Of a stretch of DNA of 64,000 bases, positions 20,605 through 32,300 are shown piece after piece (the stretch's first letter is position 1; each line of letters opens with the position of its first letter). Under the pieces are notes generated by a model that had not been told where the DNA came from, searched no databases, and saw only the letters and a program-made list of their open reading frames with translations. Source of the DNA: Planctomycetota bacterium (GTDB taxonomy: Bacteria; Planctomycetota; PLA2; JAEUHO01); assembly GCA_029259775.1 (NCBI GenBank), contig JAJDEN010000014.1:35613-99612 (forward strand). Direction: 5' to 3'. The position numbers and the translations under genes were made by a program.

Positions 20605-21654
20605 ATGCTGACAGCGCTTCCCGCTTCGATCCCGCCGCTCGCCGGACTCCTGCCCACCATCCACGTGAGTGCCGTGGTCCTGCACTGGCTGGCGATGAAC
20701 GTCTTGGTTGCCTCCGCGTGGCACCTCGCGTCGGCGCGGGCCACCGACCTCGGACTCCAGCGGCGCATGGCCTCCGCCGTCCCGCGCGCGTTCACCGTGG
20801 CCGGACTCTTCGGACTGGGCGCGCTGCTCCTGCTGCGCCAGGAGAATGGAGCGCGGATCGAGACCTCGGCAGGGCACATGGTGTCGCTCTGGGCCGTGGC
20901 GCTGGGCGTGCTCGTCCTAGGCATCGGGGTCACGCACATCGTGGAGCGCCGTGCGCGTCAGGGCGTGTCGGCCCCGCGCTGGATGCGGTACCTGCCGTTC
21001 GTCGCGCTGGTGTTCTTCGCCTTCACCCTGACGTGGAATCTCGCCCTGTCCGAGCATCCACACCTCGTGGCGAACCTCGCCAGCACCGGGTGGGCGGGCA
21101 CGCTGCTGGAGAGCGGCGTGCTGCCCCGCTTCCTGCATCACCTCGTCGGTTCCGTTGCTCTCGGATCGATCTGGCTCCTGCACGTCGGCTTGCGCGTACG
21201 CGCCCAGGACGCGGAGCGGGGCGAGTCCCTGATGAAGCGCGCCGCGTTCGCCTGCATGATCGGCACCGCCGTCGCCGTGGTGTTTGGCATCTGGCAACTG
21301 CTGCATGCACCCAAGGAGGTCGGGGGAGCGGTTCCCGGTGCCATGCTCGCGGTGGGCGTGATGGCAGGCCTCGCCGTACCCGGCTTCATGGCCGTCGCCT
21401 GGAAACGTGGGGCGAGCCGCCTCGTCACGATGTCCTGGATTGCGATTGCGGTCACCCTCGCGGCGAAGGCGATCTTGCGCCGCGCGATCCGCGTCCGACG
21501 GCTCGAGGATGGGGCGGAGGGGACTGTGCCCGCGCTGCCCGAAGCCACGGACGCCACGATGCTCTGGATCGCGTGCGCGCTCGCGGCCGTGGGCATGCTG
21601 GGCTGGTTCATCAGCCGGCGGCTGCGCCGCGGCGAAGCGGCCGTCGGGGCCTGA
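20605..21654 (+). CDS. polytopic membrane protein with His in TM helices
   Basis: About 9 hydrophobic segments; VLHWLAMN and PRFLHHLVGS motifs. Confidence 0.7.
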   Translation: MLTALPASIPPLAGLLPTIHVSAVVLHWLAMNVLVASAWHLASARATDLGLQRRMASAVPRAFTVAGLFGLGALLLLRQENGARIETSAGHMVSLWAVALGVLVLGIGVTHIVERRARQGVSAPRWMRYLPFVALVFFAFTLTWNLALSEHPHLVANLASTGWAGTLLESGVLPRFLHHLVGSVALGSIWLLHVGLRVRAQDAERGESLMKRAAFACMIGTAVAVVFGIWQLLHAPKEVGGAVPGAMLAVGVMAGLAVPGFMAVAWKRGASRLVTMSWIAIAVTLAAKAILRRAIRVRRLEDGAEGTVPALPEATDATMLWIACALAAVGMLGWFISRRLRRGEAAVGA

Positions 21655-21675
21655 GCGCGGGGCGCAGCGCCCGGA

Positions 21676-22878
21676 TCACGCCAGCGCGTCGAGGCACCGT
21701 TGCCACGCGGCCCGCAGTGCTCGCTCGCGCGCATCGTCGAACACGTTGAACCCGAGGCGGTTGGTCACGTAGGCGTAGCCCGTGCCGCGGTCCGGATCCG
21801 CGTAGGCGAACGAGCCGCCCACGCCGGGCGCGCCGAACGCCGCGTCCGACGACCCGAAGCGGAAATCGGTGCTCGGCTTCATGAAGCCGAGGCCGAACGC
21901 CGTCTTGCGCTTGAAGACCCTGTCCCACGCGCCCGCCGGCGGCACGCGCGGCGGCTCCCGCAGCAACGCCAGCGTGTCCTGACCAATGCCCAGCGGCGCA
22001 CCGTCGGTCGCGAGCGCGCCGTACATCGAAGCCAACACGCGCGCCGTGGCGTACCCGTTCGAGGCGGGAAGCTCGAGCGGTCGCCACGTCTCGGTGTCGA
22101 GTGCGGCGGGACCCTTCAGCTTCGGATTGCGGATGCTGCGCGCGGTCAACGACCACGGCCACGCGAGCGCCGCGCCGAAGCGCGGTGACAGCTGACGCGG
22201 ATGCAGGAACAGCCGCAGGGGATTGAGGGTCTCGATGGGGGCGATGCGCGCCGGTGCCACGTCCTCGGGCAGGCCCACGTGCAAGTCCCCGCCAAGCGGC
22301 GTGGCGATCTCGTCGCGGATGAACGCGCCGAGGCTGCGCTGCTTGGGATCGATGCGGCGCACGAGCTCGCTCTGGTAGAAGCCCAGGCTGATCGCGTGGT
22401 AGGCGTGGCGCGCGCCGGGCGTCCACGCCGGACGCTGACGGGCGAGCAACGCCGCGAGCGCGTCATGGTCCGCGACGAGGTCCGGCCCCAGGCGTTCATC
22501 GACACCACTGAGGCCCGCCTGATGCGCGATCAACGTGCGCACCGTGATGTCGGCCTTGCCGCCCTCCGCGAACCCAGGCCAGTACCTCGCCACCGGCGCG
22601 TCGTAGTCCAGCAGCCCCCGGCTGTGGAGCTGGGCCAGCGCGGCGGCGGCCACGCCCTTGGTCACGCTGTAGACCAAGACGAGCGTGTCCCGCTCCCAAG
22701 CGGGCCCGCGCCGGCGGGTCGCGCCGCCCCAGAGGTCCACGACCAGCTGCCCCCGGTGGACCAGCGCGCACGCGGCGCCCAGCTCGCGCCGCTTGGCCAG
22801 GTTGGCCTCGAACGCCTCGCGCACGGGCTCGAAGCCCGGCGCGGTGGTGCCCTGGACGGCGGTGGGGGTCTGGCTCAC
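21676..22878 (-). CDS. serine hydrolase, beta-lactamase/EstA esterase family
   Basis: VDLWGG, SxxK (YSVTKG), LIAHQAGL, YHA, GVGGSFAYADP. Confidence 0.92.
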   Translation of the reverse strand: MSQTPTAVQGTTAPGFEPVREAFEANLAKRRELGAACALVHRGQLVVDLWGGATRRRGPAWERDTLVLVYSVTKGVAAAALAQLHSRGLLDYDAPVARYWPGFAEGGKADITVRTLIAHQAGLSGVDERLGPDLVADHDALAALLARQRPAWTPGARHAYHAISLGFYQSELVRRIDPKQRSLGAFIRDEIATPLGGDLHVGLPEDVAPARIAPIETLNPLRLFLHPRQLSPRFGAALAWPWSLTARSIRNPKLKGPAALDTETWRPLELPASNGYATARVLASMYGALATDGAPLGIGQDTLALLREPPRVPPAGAWDRVFKRKTAFGLGFMKPSTDFRFGSSDAAFGAPGVGGSFAYADPDRGTGYAYVTNRLGFNVFDDARERALRAAWQRCLDALA

Positions 22879-22997
22879 CCCGTCCTTCTATGCCGCAATC
22901 CGGGAGCGTGCGAGTCCCCGCCGCAATGGAGCGCGGGAAAGGCGATTTTCCGGGGAGGGTCCCGCGCTCCTGCGGGAACGTAGGGGTAGAGGACATC

Positions 22998-24890
22998 GTG
23001 ACGCCGCCCCCGCCCCCTTCCGCCGAACTGCTCATGGAGCACCGTGCGTTCCTGCAGGGCCTCTCGCGCAGCCTCGTCGTCGACGAGCAGCGTGCCGAGG
23101 ACGTGGTCCAGCAGACCTACCTCGCCGTCCTCCAGCGCCCGCCGCCCGCCCACGTGCGCCTGCGCGCCTGGCTGGCCGTGATCGCGCGCAACCTGGCCTT
23201 GCGCTCACGCCGCACCGAGGGTCGCATGCGCCGGCGGCACGAAGCCGGCGCGCGCCCCGAAGCCGTCGAGCCCACATCGGACGTCGCGGCGCGCGTCGAA
23301 GCCCAGAAGCGCGTCGCCGGCGCGGTGGCCGCCCTGCCCGAGCCTGGGCGCAGTGCCATCGTCTGGCGCTACTTCGACGGCCTGACGCCCACCCAGATTG
23401 CCGAGAAGGAAGGCGTGTCCGTGCGCACGATCGAGAGTCGCTTGCGTCGGGCGCGCGAGACCCTGCGCCGTGACCTCGATGGCGACTACGGCGGCCGCAT
23501 TCTCTGGCAGGCAGCGCTGCTGCCCGTCGCGGGATGGGGCACGGCGTCTGCGAGTGCGCTCGCCGCCGGCACGACATCAACAGCGACGACAGCTGCCCAA
23601 GGGAGTGTGCCGACCGCCTCCGCTGTGGGCACGGCCGCCGCCGTGGGAGCAACGATCATGAGTGTCAAGACGATGGTCGGCGTCGCGGTCGTTTGCGCCG
23701 TGGGTGCATTCTTCGCGGGCTGGCAGCTGAAGCCGAGTTCGCAGGCGTTGGTCGCGGACGGGACGACGGAGAGCGCGAACGCCGATGCTCCCCTGCTCGG
23801 AGCCGAGGCGACGCGTCGGCTGCAGGTCGAGTCGGAGCTGAAGGGGCAGGTCGCCCGCAACGATGAGCTCGTGCGGGAGCTCGCAGCCCTGCGCGCGAAG
23901 GTCGCCGAAGCGAGCGCGGAGGACGCCGGGGGCCATGACGCGACGACGGGCAAGCCCGGCGCCAGCGCGAAGGCCGCCTACGCCCCAGCCTCGGTGAAGA
24001 GGGCGCTCGAGGGCGTCGACTGGGCCGAGGCGGGCGTGGCGATCACCAAGCTGATGCCCTTGCTCACGAAGCTCGAGGCCGCCCTGCGGGACGAGGTCGA
24101 GATGAAGGCCGCGGAGGTCGCGGGCATCTCGAGGTGGAACAGCCCGCTGCTCGCCCTGGCGCTTCGGCTCGAGGAGCAGAAGGTGGGGGGGACGGGCGCC
24201 AACGGCGCGTTCACGCACCCGAGTGTGATCGTCAACCTCCTGGTTTCGGCGCTCGCCGAATCCGGCAAGCCCGTCAGCCAGGCGCAGCTCACGATGCTCT
24301 CCGAGCTAGGCGATCGATTCCTCGTCGACGACGAGCGTCGGACCGCCGGCTACAACGAGGAGACGCTGGCGCTTGAGCGGACCATCGGGGAAACCGAGCT
24401 GAAGCAGCGCTTCTACGAGAGCGCTGACGCCTTGCTCACCACCGAGCAGCGCGACATCCTGCGCCCGGCGACCTTGCGCGGGCGGCTCGGCGTCGATCTG
24501 TTCAGCAGCGGCGTGATCTGGCATCCGCTCAGCAGGGGCGTGAACTTCGAGAAGCGCGAGGACCTCGCGTCGCGCATGGCCGCGATCCTCCTGGCGCAAT
24601 GGGAGGTCCCTGTCGAGCAGCGCGACGTGGCCGAAGAGGCCGCGCGGACGTGGGCGAACGGCTTCACCGACGCCGAGCTGAAGCTCGCGGACGACCAGGT
24701 GCTGCGCGACTCGGCCAAGGTCTCGGGGGGCGTGGCCGCGGGTTGGGCGAAGCTGGACCTGGCGCGGGCATCTGCGCGCCAGATGCTGGCAATGCAGCGC
24801 GCGCTGCTCGAGCGACTCCCCGTTGGCTCGGCCGCCGCGAAGAAGATCCGCGGGCGTCCGTCCCTCATCGCGCTGCCGATCAAACGGTAG
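22998..24890 (+). CDS. ECF sigma-70 factor with TM helix and long C-terminal extension
   Basis: AEDVVQQTYL, WLAVIARNLA, ALPEPGRSAIVWRYFDGL...TIESRLRRARETLR; TM segment; GAGGA RBS before GTG. Confidence 0.9.
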   Translation: MTPPPPPSAELLMEHRAFLQGLSRSLVVDEQRAEDVVQQTYLAVLQRPPPAHVRLRAWLAVIARNLALRSRRTEGRMRRRHEAGARPEAVEPTSDVAARVEAQKRVAGAVAALPEPGRSAIVWRYFDGLTPTQIAEKEGVSVRTIESRLRRARETLRRDLDGDYGGRILWQAALLPVAGWGTASASALAAGTTSTATTAAQGSVPTASAVGTAAAVGATIMSVKTMVGVAVVCAVGAFFAGWQLKPSSQALVADGTTESANADAPLLGAEATRRLQVESELKGQVARNDELVRELAALRAKVAEASAEDAGGHDATTGKPGASAKAAYAPASVKRALEGVDWAEAGVAITKLMPLLTKLEAALRDEVEMKAAEVAGISRWNSPLLALALRLEEQKVGGTGANGAFTHPSVIVNLLVSALAESGKPVSQAQLTMLSELGDRFLVDDERRTAGYNEETLALERTIGETELKQRFYESADALLTTEQRDILRPATLRGRLGVDLFSSGVIWHPLSRGVNFEKREDLASRMAAILLAQWEVPVEQRDVAEEAARTWANGFTDAELKLADDQVLRDSAKVSGGVAAGWAKLDLARASARQMLAMQRALLERLPVGSAAAKKIRGRPSLIALPIKR

Positions 24891-24947
24891 CGGCGCCCCA
24901 AGACCATCCTGCACGGCCGGATCATGGTTCCGCCCGCGGACCATCCG

Positions 24948-25304
24948 TCACGCCTTGTGCCAGCTCACTTCGATCTTGTAGCCGTCGGGGTCGAGGCAGT
25001 AGAAGGCCGCCGCTTCACCGTCGTACTCGGCGTAGTCCTTCACGATGCGAGTGCCCTCCGCCGCCATGGCATCGTGGATGCTCTTCACCTCGGCCATCCC
25101 ATCCAGACAGAAGCCCAGGTGGAACCAGCTCGGTAGCTCCGGCACCTCGTCCACGGGATCGATGGCGAGGAGGAAACCGTCGTCGTTCTCGAGGAACACG
25201 CCTTCCCCGTGGTCGGACCTGTGGCGGAAGCCGAAGAAGCGTTCGTAGAACGCGCGCGACGCCGCGACGTCGCGCGCCCCGAGATGAAGGTGGTTGAGGT
25301 CCAT
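24948..25304 (-). CDS. VOC/glyoxalase family protein
   Basis: LNHLHLGARD...FYERFFGF, FHLGF, DPDGYKIEV. Confidence 0.93.
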   Translation of the reverse strand: MDLNHLHLGARDVAASRAFYERFFGFRHRSDHGEGVFLENDDGFLLAIDPVDEVPELPSWFHLGFCLDGMAEVKSIHDAMAAEGTRIVKDYAEYDGEAAAFYCLDPDGYKIEVSWHKA

Positions 25305-25332
25305 GACGCCTCCCTCGAGTGGGGCCCGGAGG

Positions 25333-26811
25333 CTACTTCGTCTCGGTCGTTGCGGCCGGCTTCCACGTGTCGCGGTCGTCCCGGAGGAACCGGGTCTTGA
25401 GCGCCCAGCGCCAGACCGTTTCCATGCTCTCCTTGGGTGCGCCGTCGACGATGATCACCTGGTCCCCGCGGATCGCGATGCGACCCGGGCCGTACATGCC
25501 GGTGTAGCTGAGCGTGCTGCTCGCGAGCGGCGCACCGAGGCTGGGCGCCGTCGCCTCCCAGCCCGTGGCCTCGTAGGCGTCGCCATGCTGGGCCTTGAGC
25601 GCGTCGCTCAGCGCCGCGCCAGCTTCCTTGGCCTCAGCCACGTCGTCGAAGACCCAGGCCTGGATCATGACGACCGGCTGGTCGCCCTTGGCGTAGAAGA
25701 CCATGCGCCCGCCGTCCCAGCCCGCGGCGGCCTTGCGGCAGCGCTCCTCCGCCGGCACGGGGTGGATGAAGTTGCGGAAGTTGAGCTTGCCGTCCGTACC
25801 GCCGAGGAAGCGGTCGAGGTAGAGCGCCAGGTCGAGCTCACCCTGGCGCTGCTCGTAGAGCTTCTCCCAGCCGCGACCGAGGGCTTCGGCGAAGTCGCCG
25901 GCCCAGATGATGCCGCGCGGGTAGTCGCGCGTCTTCGTGAACCAGCGGTCCAGATGCAGGATCTGCTCAGTGGAGACAGGCGGATCGGCGTAGAGCTTAC
26001 GCATCGTCTCCTTGTAGTCCTGCTTCTCGGTGCCGCGCATGGCGCGCGAGACGAGCAGCGGGCCGTGCCGGTAGTGCAGCATCGTTGGCACGATCATGAA
26101 CGCCGGCACGGTCTGGAGCACCTTCATCTGCGCGGCCGCCTGCGACGGGTCGGCTTGCGAGCGCATGAACGCTGCCGTGACGTCCTTGTGCAGACCTTGG
26201 TACGTCACGCGCGCGTGCTCGGCCGAGCCCTCGACGACGCACGTCTCGGCGAACGTGCGGTCGGGATCCATGCCGATCGGGAGGGTGCGCGCCTGGAAGT
26301 CGAAGTGTTGGTCTTCGAGCGCGTGCACCAGCTCGTGCAGCAGCACCGGACGCGCGGCGTCGCCTTCGAAGCCCTCGACGACGAAGAGTTCCTTGGCGCG
26401 CGGGCTGTAGAAGCCGCCCGCCATGCCGGCCATCATCGAACCCATCAGCTCGAACGGGTCTTGCGTGCTCGAGAGCAGGCCCAGGCGACGAAGCGCGCGC
26501 GTGTAGCGGTCGCGCTTGATCTTGGGCATGAAGTGGTCGACTTCCTCGGCGAAGGCCGGCGGGATGTCCTTCTTGAGGATGTTGTTGCCGGGCACGTCGA
26601 ACTTCCACTTGAGCCCGCGGATCTGTTCGGCCTCGATGCGCAGCTCCGCGACCATCTTGTTCAACGCCGCTTGCTCGGCCGAGATGGGCTCGTCCTTCTT
26701 GGGCGCCTCTTCGGTCTTCGGAGCCTCCTCGGTCTTGGGGCCGTCGTCGGCCCACGCGAGACCAGCGAGAACGAACAGGAGCGGGAGCAGGAACAGGGCC
26801 GTGCGGCGCAT
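25333..26811 (-). CDS. secreted zincin-like metallopeptidase
   Basis: Signal peptide; GGFYSP, LLHELVHALEDQHF, VEGSA, PPVSTEQILH, AAGWDGG. Confidence 0.8.
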   Translation of the reverse strand: MRRTALFLLPLLFVLAGLAWADDGPKTEEAPKTEEAPKKDEPISAEQAALNKMVAELRIEAEQIRGLKWKFDVPGNNILKKDIPPAFAEEVDHFMPKIKRDRYTRALRRLGLLSSTQDPFELMGSMMAGMAGGFYSPRAKELFVVEGFEGDAARPVLLHELVHALEDQHFDFQARTLPIGMDPDRTFAETCVVEGSAEHARVTYQGLHKDVTAAFMRSQADPSQAAAQMKVLQTVPAFMIVPTMLHYRHGPLLVSRAMRGTEKQDYKETMRKLYADPPVSTEQILHLDRWFTKTRDYPRGIIWAGDFAEALGRGWEKLYEQRQGELDLALYLDRFLGGTDGKLNFRNFIHPVPAEERCRKAAAGWDGGRMVFYAKGDQPVVMIQAWVFDDVAEAKEAGAALSDALKAQHGDAYEATGWEATAPSLGAPLASSTLSYTGMYGPGRIAIRGDQVIIVDGAPKESMETVWRWALKTRFLRDDRDTWKPAATTETK

Positions 26812-26913
26812 GGGATACCTCCGGGGGCCGCGATGGTACGGCAGGGCCGCGGGCCGGGGAGTGGTAGACTCCCGCGCCTTGCTCCGGAGCCGGGGCGGGG
26901 GAGCAGCGACGTC

Positions 26914-28950
26914 GTGAACGGCGAGATCACAGCCCAGCCGAACCTCGCAGCGCGCCTGTTCCTCGGCCTCGTCGCCGGCCAGCTCCTCCTCGCCGGCCTG
27001 CTGCAGTTCGACCTGCAGGCCTACGGCGTGCTCGAAGTCCTCTACCAGTGGGCCATGATCCTCGTGGGCGGCGCCGGGGTTGTGTTCACGATGCGGGCCT
27101 ACCGGCGCTCGGGCTGGCGCACGCGGCACCCGGCCGTCCACCGGATCCTCTTGACGGCGCTGGCCACGACGGTGGGCAGCGCCGGGCTGCTGTTCTTGCT
27201 CCACATGGCGGCGTTCACGCACACCTACGAGGTGGAGCGCTACCTGCGCGCGTTCCTGCTCAGCATCTCCGTGTACCTCTTCGCCAACGCGGCGGTGGTG
27301 TTCTTGGGGCTAGGCCTGCTCTACCTGCTCACGAAGCGTCTGTGGGCCTCGATCGCGATCGGCCTGACGGTCACGGGCCTGCTGCACGGCTTCCACGTTG
27401 CGAAGTACCTGATCCTCCAGCAGCACCTCTACGTCTGGGACTACATGCTGGTCGGCGACATGCTCGAGGTGCTGCCGCGCTACGCCGGCGCGGGCGGCGA
27501 GACCGCCCTGCTCGTCCTGGCGGCGTCGCTCGTGGTGGGCATCGCGGTGCTCGCGTGGCGGGAAGCCAAGGGGGAGTCGCTGAAGCGTCGCGCTGCCCTC
27601 GTGGGGGGAGGCCTGATCGCCACGGCGCTGCTCTGGATCGTCACGGCGCTCAGTTCGACGGGCCCGAACGAGGACCCGTCGGAGTACTTCCCGCTGTGGA
27701 ACCGGCACAGCTACAACTCGCACTACAACAAGACGGGCTTCCACTTCGCGCTGCTGCGCGGTTCCCGCTACTTCGCGCTCAACAGCGCACCCGAGGGCTA
27801 CTCCGACGAGGCGATGGCGCGCATCGAGCGCACCTACCCGCGTGGCAAGAACACCGTCGTGCCGACGGCCGACGTGATCTTCTACATGGTCGAGTCGCTG
27901 GCGGACTACGCCGAGTACGGGCTCGCCTTCGAGCCGGATCCGCTCGCCAACTTCCATGCGCTGCAGCGTGCGCACACACGCGGCCGGTTGATCGTGCCAA
28001 TCTTCGGCGGCAACACGCCCAACACCGAGTTCGAGATGCTCACGGGCCTCTCCCGCGTGAGGCCGTGGCCCTACGACCTCTCGTACGCCTACCGCCAGTG
28101 GATCACCGGCAAGACCGCCGCCCTGCCGTGGGTCTTCCGCGACTGGGGCTACCAGACCGCGGTGGTGAGCGGCGCGCGCGATCGCTACTTCGGCGAGGTC
28201 ACGGCCTACCCGCGCCTGGGCTTCGAGCAGTTCCGCGCCCTGGGTGACGTGCCGGGCCTGCCGCGCAAGTTCGGCTTGGTCTCGGACGAGGCGGTGGTGG
28301 ACGACCTGATCCAGCTGCTCAGCCAGGAGGGCCCGGACCGCAAGCCGTGGTTCCTCAGCGTGACGACGGATGCGACGCACGGTCCCTACCGCGGCGCGCA
28401 CGTGCCGTCGCCGCCGCGCTTCGTGCTCACCACCCAGGACCTGCCCGACGACGTCGTGGAGGTGGCCACGGATCACGCCCACGCGATCCACCATGCCGAC
28501 GAGCACCTGGGCCGCTTGGTGGCCTTCCTCAAGAGCCGCTCGCGGCCGACGATCCTGTTTGTCTACGGCGACCACAAGCCGGCGCTGGACGAGTTCTTCG
28601 CGGCGGGCATCTTGCGTGACGGTTGGCCGGGTCGCTTGCTGGACAAATACTCCACGCCGCTGGCGATCTGGTCGAACCTGCCGCATGTGAAACCAAGCAA
28701 CGAGCCGCTCGTCTTGAGTGCGAACTTCCTGTCGGCGGAGTTGTTCACGCGGCTGGGGGTGAAGCATCCGCCGTCGACGTTCCACTTCACGAAGAGGGTG
28801 TATGCGACGTTCCCGATCGTTTCGCGCGTGATCGGCGATCGCGCGGGGACGTTCCACCACCCGGAGGACCTGCGTGGGACCGAGGCCGACCTGCTGCGCG
28901 ACTACGGCTTCGTGAAGTACCACACGTTGGTCGGCGGCCGCGGGAACTAG
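26914..28950 (+). CDS. LTA synthase / sulfatase family membrane protein
   Basis: N-terminal TMs; MVESLAD, GGNTPNTEFEMLTG, THGPY, YGDHKP. Confidence 0.88.
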   Translation: MNGEITAQPNLAARLFLGLVAGQLLLAGLLQFDLQAYGVLEVLYQWAMILVGGAGVVFTMRAYRRSGWRTRHPAVHRILLTALATTVGSAGLLFLLHMAAFTHTYEVERYLRAFLLSISVYLFANAAVVFLGLGLLYLLTKRLWASIAIGLTVTGLLHGFHVAKYLILQQHLYVWDYMLVGDMLEVLPRYAGAGGETALLVLAASLVVGIAVLAWREAKGESLKRRAALVGGGLIATALLWIVTALSSTGPNEDPSEYFPLWNRHSYNSHYNKTGFHFALLRGSRYFALNSAPEGYSDEAMARIERTYPRGKNTVVPTADVIFYMVESLADYAEYGLAFEPDPLANFHALQRAHTRGRLIVPIFGGNTPNTEFEMLTGLSRVRPWPYDLSYAYRQWITGKTAALPWVFRDWGYQTAVVSGARDRYFGEVTAYPRLGFEQFRALGDVPGLPRKFGLVSDEAVVDDLIQLLSQEGPDRKPWFLSVTTDATHGPYRGAHVPSPPRFVLTTQDLPDDVVEVATDHAHAIHHADEHLGRLVAFLKSRSRPTILFVYGDHKPALDEFFAAGILRDGWPGRLLDKYSTPLAIWSNLPHVKPSNEPLVLSANFLSAELFTRLGVKHPPSTFHFTKRVYATFPIVSRVIGDRAGTFHHPEDLRGTEADLLRDYGFVKYHTLVGGRGN

Positions 28951-29358
28951 GGCGCCGACGGCAGCCGATACGTCTGGACGAGCGGCGGCGATCGACGGCT
29001 CCCTACCTATCTCCCTTGGGTAACGGCTCGCAGCCTTCCTGGAGAATCTTGGTGAACTTGCTGCCGAGGCGGGCGTTTCCAGTCTTGCTGGAGGGCGCGC
29101 ACGGGGCAGTCTCTTGACTGTCTGTCGTCCGAAACCCAAATCGATGACCCCGTGCGTGCCCCCGGCGTCGACGTCTCGCACACGTCCGGAGGGCCCGGGG
29201 CGTTCGCGGCGCTGGTGCCTGTGTGGTGCGGCGGTTCGAACGACCCCGGGTCCTCGATCTCCCGCGGCTCCGTGTCGCGCAGGATGCCAGCCCCTTGCCT
29301 GGCTTGCGTGCATCCGGTGAAATGCACGCCCCGATCCGCCGCATCTCCCGGGAGCCCT

Positions 29359-32300
29359 GTGCGCACACCCTTCATGGCCCTCCTCTGCCTTCTGCTTCCT
29401 CTGTCGCCTGCTGCAGCTGAGGACGGCAAGGCCAGGAAGAAGCCGCCGGAGCCTCTCACCGCGGAGCAGGCGGCCGACGCTGTCCTCGCGGCGATCAAGG
29501 CGAAGAATGACGACGCGCTGCGGGCCCTGGCCGGGTCGGATCAGCCGGACCCGTGGCTCGTCGCCGACGAGCTCTGCGGGCGCGGGCAGGTCGTGGCAGC
29601 ACGGGCCCTGGCCGCCGCGGGCGCGCACGTGGATACGAAGAAGCTGCCCGCGTATGTCGCAGCCGCGAAAGAGCGCCCGGCAGATCGTGCGGCATTTCGC
29701 GTGGTGCGAAAGGCGATACGGGCTCGCGATACCAAGAAGATCCTCGAGGGCACCGAAGCGCAGGCCGTGAAACTCGATAGCGTCCTTCGCATCCGGCTGC
29801 TGCACGTGCGATCCCTCGCCTTGGTCGCCGCGCGTCGCACGCGCGAAGGCGAGGACGCCATGCGATCCGCGGCGGATGCCGCGCAGGCGCTCGGATGGTT
29901 GCGCCGCGCCGCGGCGCTGTACCACCGGGCGGGCCACGCAGCCACCCGGCGCTTTGCGTGGCAGCAGGCCGTCGCGGACTGGGAGACGTGCCGCGCGCTG
30001 GGGGACCAACGCGGGGACGTTCTCGGGACGGCCAGGGCGCTCAACAATCTCGGCCTTGCCTACCGCGAACGGGGCGATCACGAGAAGGCGCTCGCGCGCT
30101 TCCAGCGTGCGTTGGCGTCCGCACGGGCGCTCGACAAAAAGAAGCTCGCCGCAACCGTGCTCGGCAACATCGCCATCGTGTACGAGACCCTGGGGGATCA
30201 CACGCAAGCGCTGGCCACGTATGAGGAGGCGTACAAGCAGAAGATTGCCCTCGGAGAGAAGGGCAGCGCCACGGTGACGCTAGGCAACATCGGGGCCATC
30301 CACGACACGCTCGGCAACCTGCGCAAGGCGCTGTCCATACAGCAGCGCGTATTCGAGCAGCGCACGGCCCTCGGCGACCACGTCGGCGCGGCCGAGTCAC
30401 TCGGTGACATCGGCTCGGCGCGTCATGGGCTCGGGCAGTACGCCAAGGCGCTCTCCGCGTACGAGCGCGCCGTCGCACGCCAGCTGGAGCTGCGGGACCT
30501 GCCGGGGGCCGCCCGCACGCTTGGCAACCTCGCGGGCCTCTACCAGGCGCTCGGCCGCTACGGCAAGGCGCTCGAGACCGGGGAGCGTGCCCACGCCATG
30601 CAGGAGAAGATGGGGGACCGCGCCGCCGCGGCCGTCACGCGCGGCAACATCGGCCTGATGCGCGCATCGCGGGGGGAGGATGCCAAGGCCATCGTGGACT
30701 ACAGGGCGGCCCACGCCACGCTGCTCGAACTCGCCCGCCCGCGGGAGGCACTTACGGTCGCAGCGAACCTCGCCAACGCGCAGCACAGGCTCGGTCAGCA
30801 CGACAGGGCGCGCGAGAGCCTCGGCGCCGTACTCAAGGCGCAAGATGCGGGCGGCGAGCGTGTGAACGCGGCGTACACCCGCTTGACCCTGGCGTACGTC
30901 CATAGGGCTCAGGGCCGCACGAAGGAAGCGCTGCGCCTGACGGAGCGGGTCGTACGTGTGGGACGGAGCACGCGCGACACGGCCTTGTTCGTCGCCGGCC
31001 TGCGAAACCTCGTAGGCCTCCTTGTCGAGACCGGGGAGACGGCACGCGCTCTTTCCGAAGCGGAGCGCGCCTTGGACGCCCTCGAGGGTCTGCTCGGGGG
31101 GTTGGGCGAAGAGACGGGGGCGGCTGCTAGGGAGCGCCACGCAAGCCTCTACGCGCTGGGGGCGCTGGCGGCCATTCGTGAGAAGGACGCGGCGGCCGCG
31201 GTGACGTTCCTGGAGAGCGGCCGCGCCGGCGCCCTCCTCGATGCGCTGGGACGTCGCGAGGCCCTTCGCTGGAAGGCGGAGTCCCTATCGTCTGAACTGC
31301 GTGAGGCCGAGGTCCGAGCCCGGTCTGCCGAGGTCGTTGCACGCCGCGCGTACGACCGCGCCGTGCGGCTACGGCGGCTCGCCGCCGCCCGGGACGCGCT
31401 CGTCGTCTTGGACAAAGCGCTGGCGGAGAGCTCGAGCGTCGCGAGTCGCATCGAGCGCGAACTCAAGGACCGGGCGGGCCTGTACTACACACGCGCGGAG
31501 ACGATCGAGACCATCCAGCGTGGGCTGCGCGCCGACCAGGCACTCGTGCTCTATGGGTTGTGCCAAGGCGAAGCCTTCGCCATGGTGCTGCGCCGGGACG
31601 GCGAGCGTGTCGTTGCTCTGGGTCGCCGCTCGAAGGTCGTTGCCGCCTGCAGGGCGCTCGAAGCGTCCGATGCCGCCGCGGATGCCACCGCACCCCTTGC
31701 GGCGTTGCGCGCGTTGATCGTCACGCCGTTGAAGCTCGACGCGTCGGTCAAGCAGGTCTTCATCTCGCCGGAGGGGCCGCTCTGTTACCTGCCCTTCGGT
31801 GCGCTGATTGACCGCGCGGTGGCCCTGACGCCTTCGGGTTCGACCCACGTGGTCCTGCTCGGCGCGCAGAGCGAGCGCGGCACGGGCATCCTGGCCCTTG
31901 GCGATCCCGACTACGCCGGCGCCTCCAAGGGCGCGCAGGCGGTGTACCACCGTGGCCGCAGCCTTGCGTCCTTGCCCGGGAGCCGGGTCGAGGCCAAGAC
32001 GGTGGGATCGACGGTCCTGCTTGGCAAGGACGCCAGCGAGTCCGGTCTGCGCAAGACGCTCGCCACTGCCGCGCGCTGGCGTTCCGTCCACCTTGCCTGC
32101 CACGGCCTCGTCGACGTCGAGAGGCCCATGCTCTCTTCCCTCGCACTTTCCAAGGATGCCGCTGAGGACGGTTTCGTGACGATGCGCGAGATCCTGGGCA
32201 TGCGCATTCCGGCCGATCTCGCCGTGCTCTCGGCGTGCGAGACGGGCCGCGGGCGCAACCGACGGGGCGAGGGGATCGTCGGCCTTGCTCGTGCGTTCAT

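Noticed and set aside
25294-28950. 1218-aa plus-strand ORF
   Set aside because: The N-terminal half is antisense to the 25333-26811 gene; the real LTA-synthase-like gene starts near 26914.
28951-29358. Integrase remnant or second att site left of the CHAT gene
   Set aside because: No tRNA-matching sequence or recognisable integrase motif was found.
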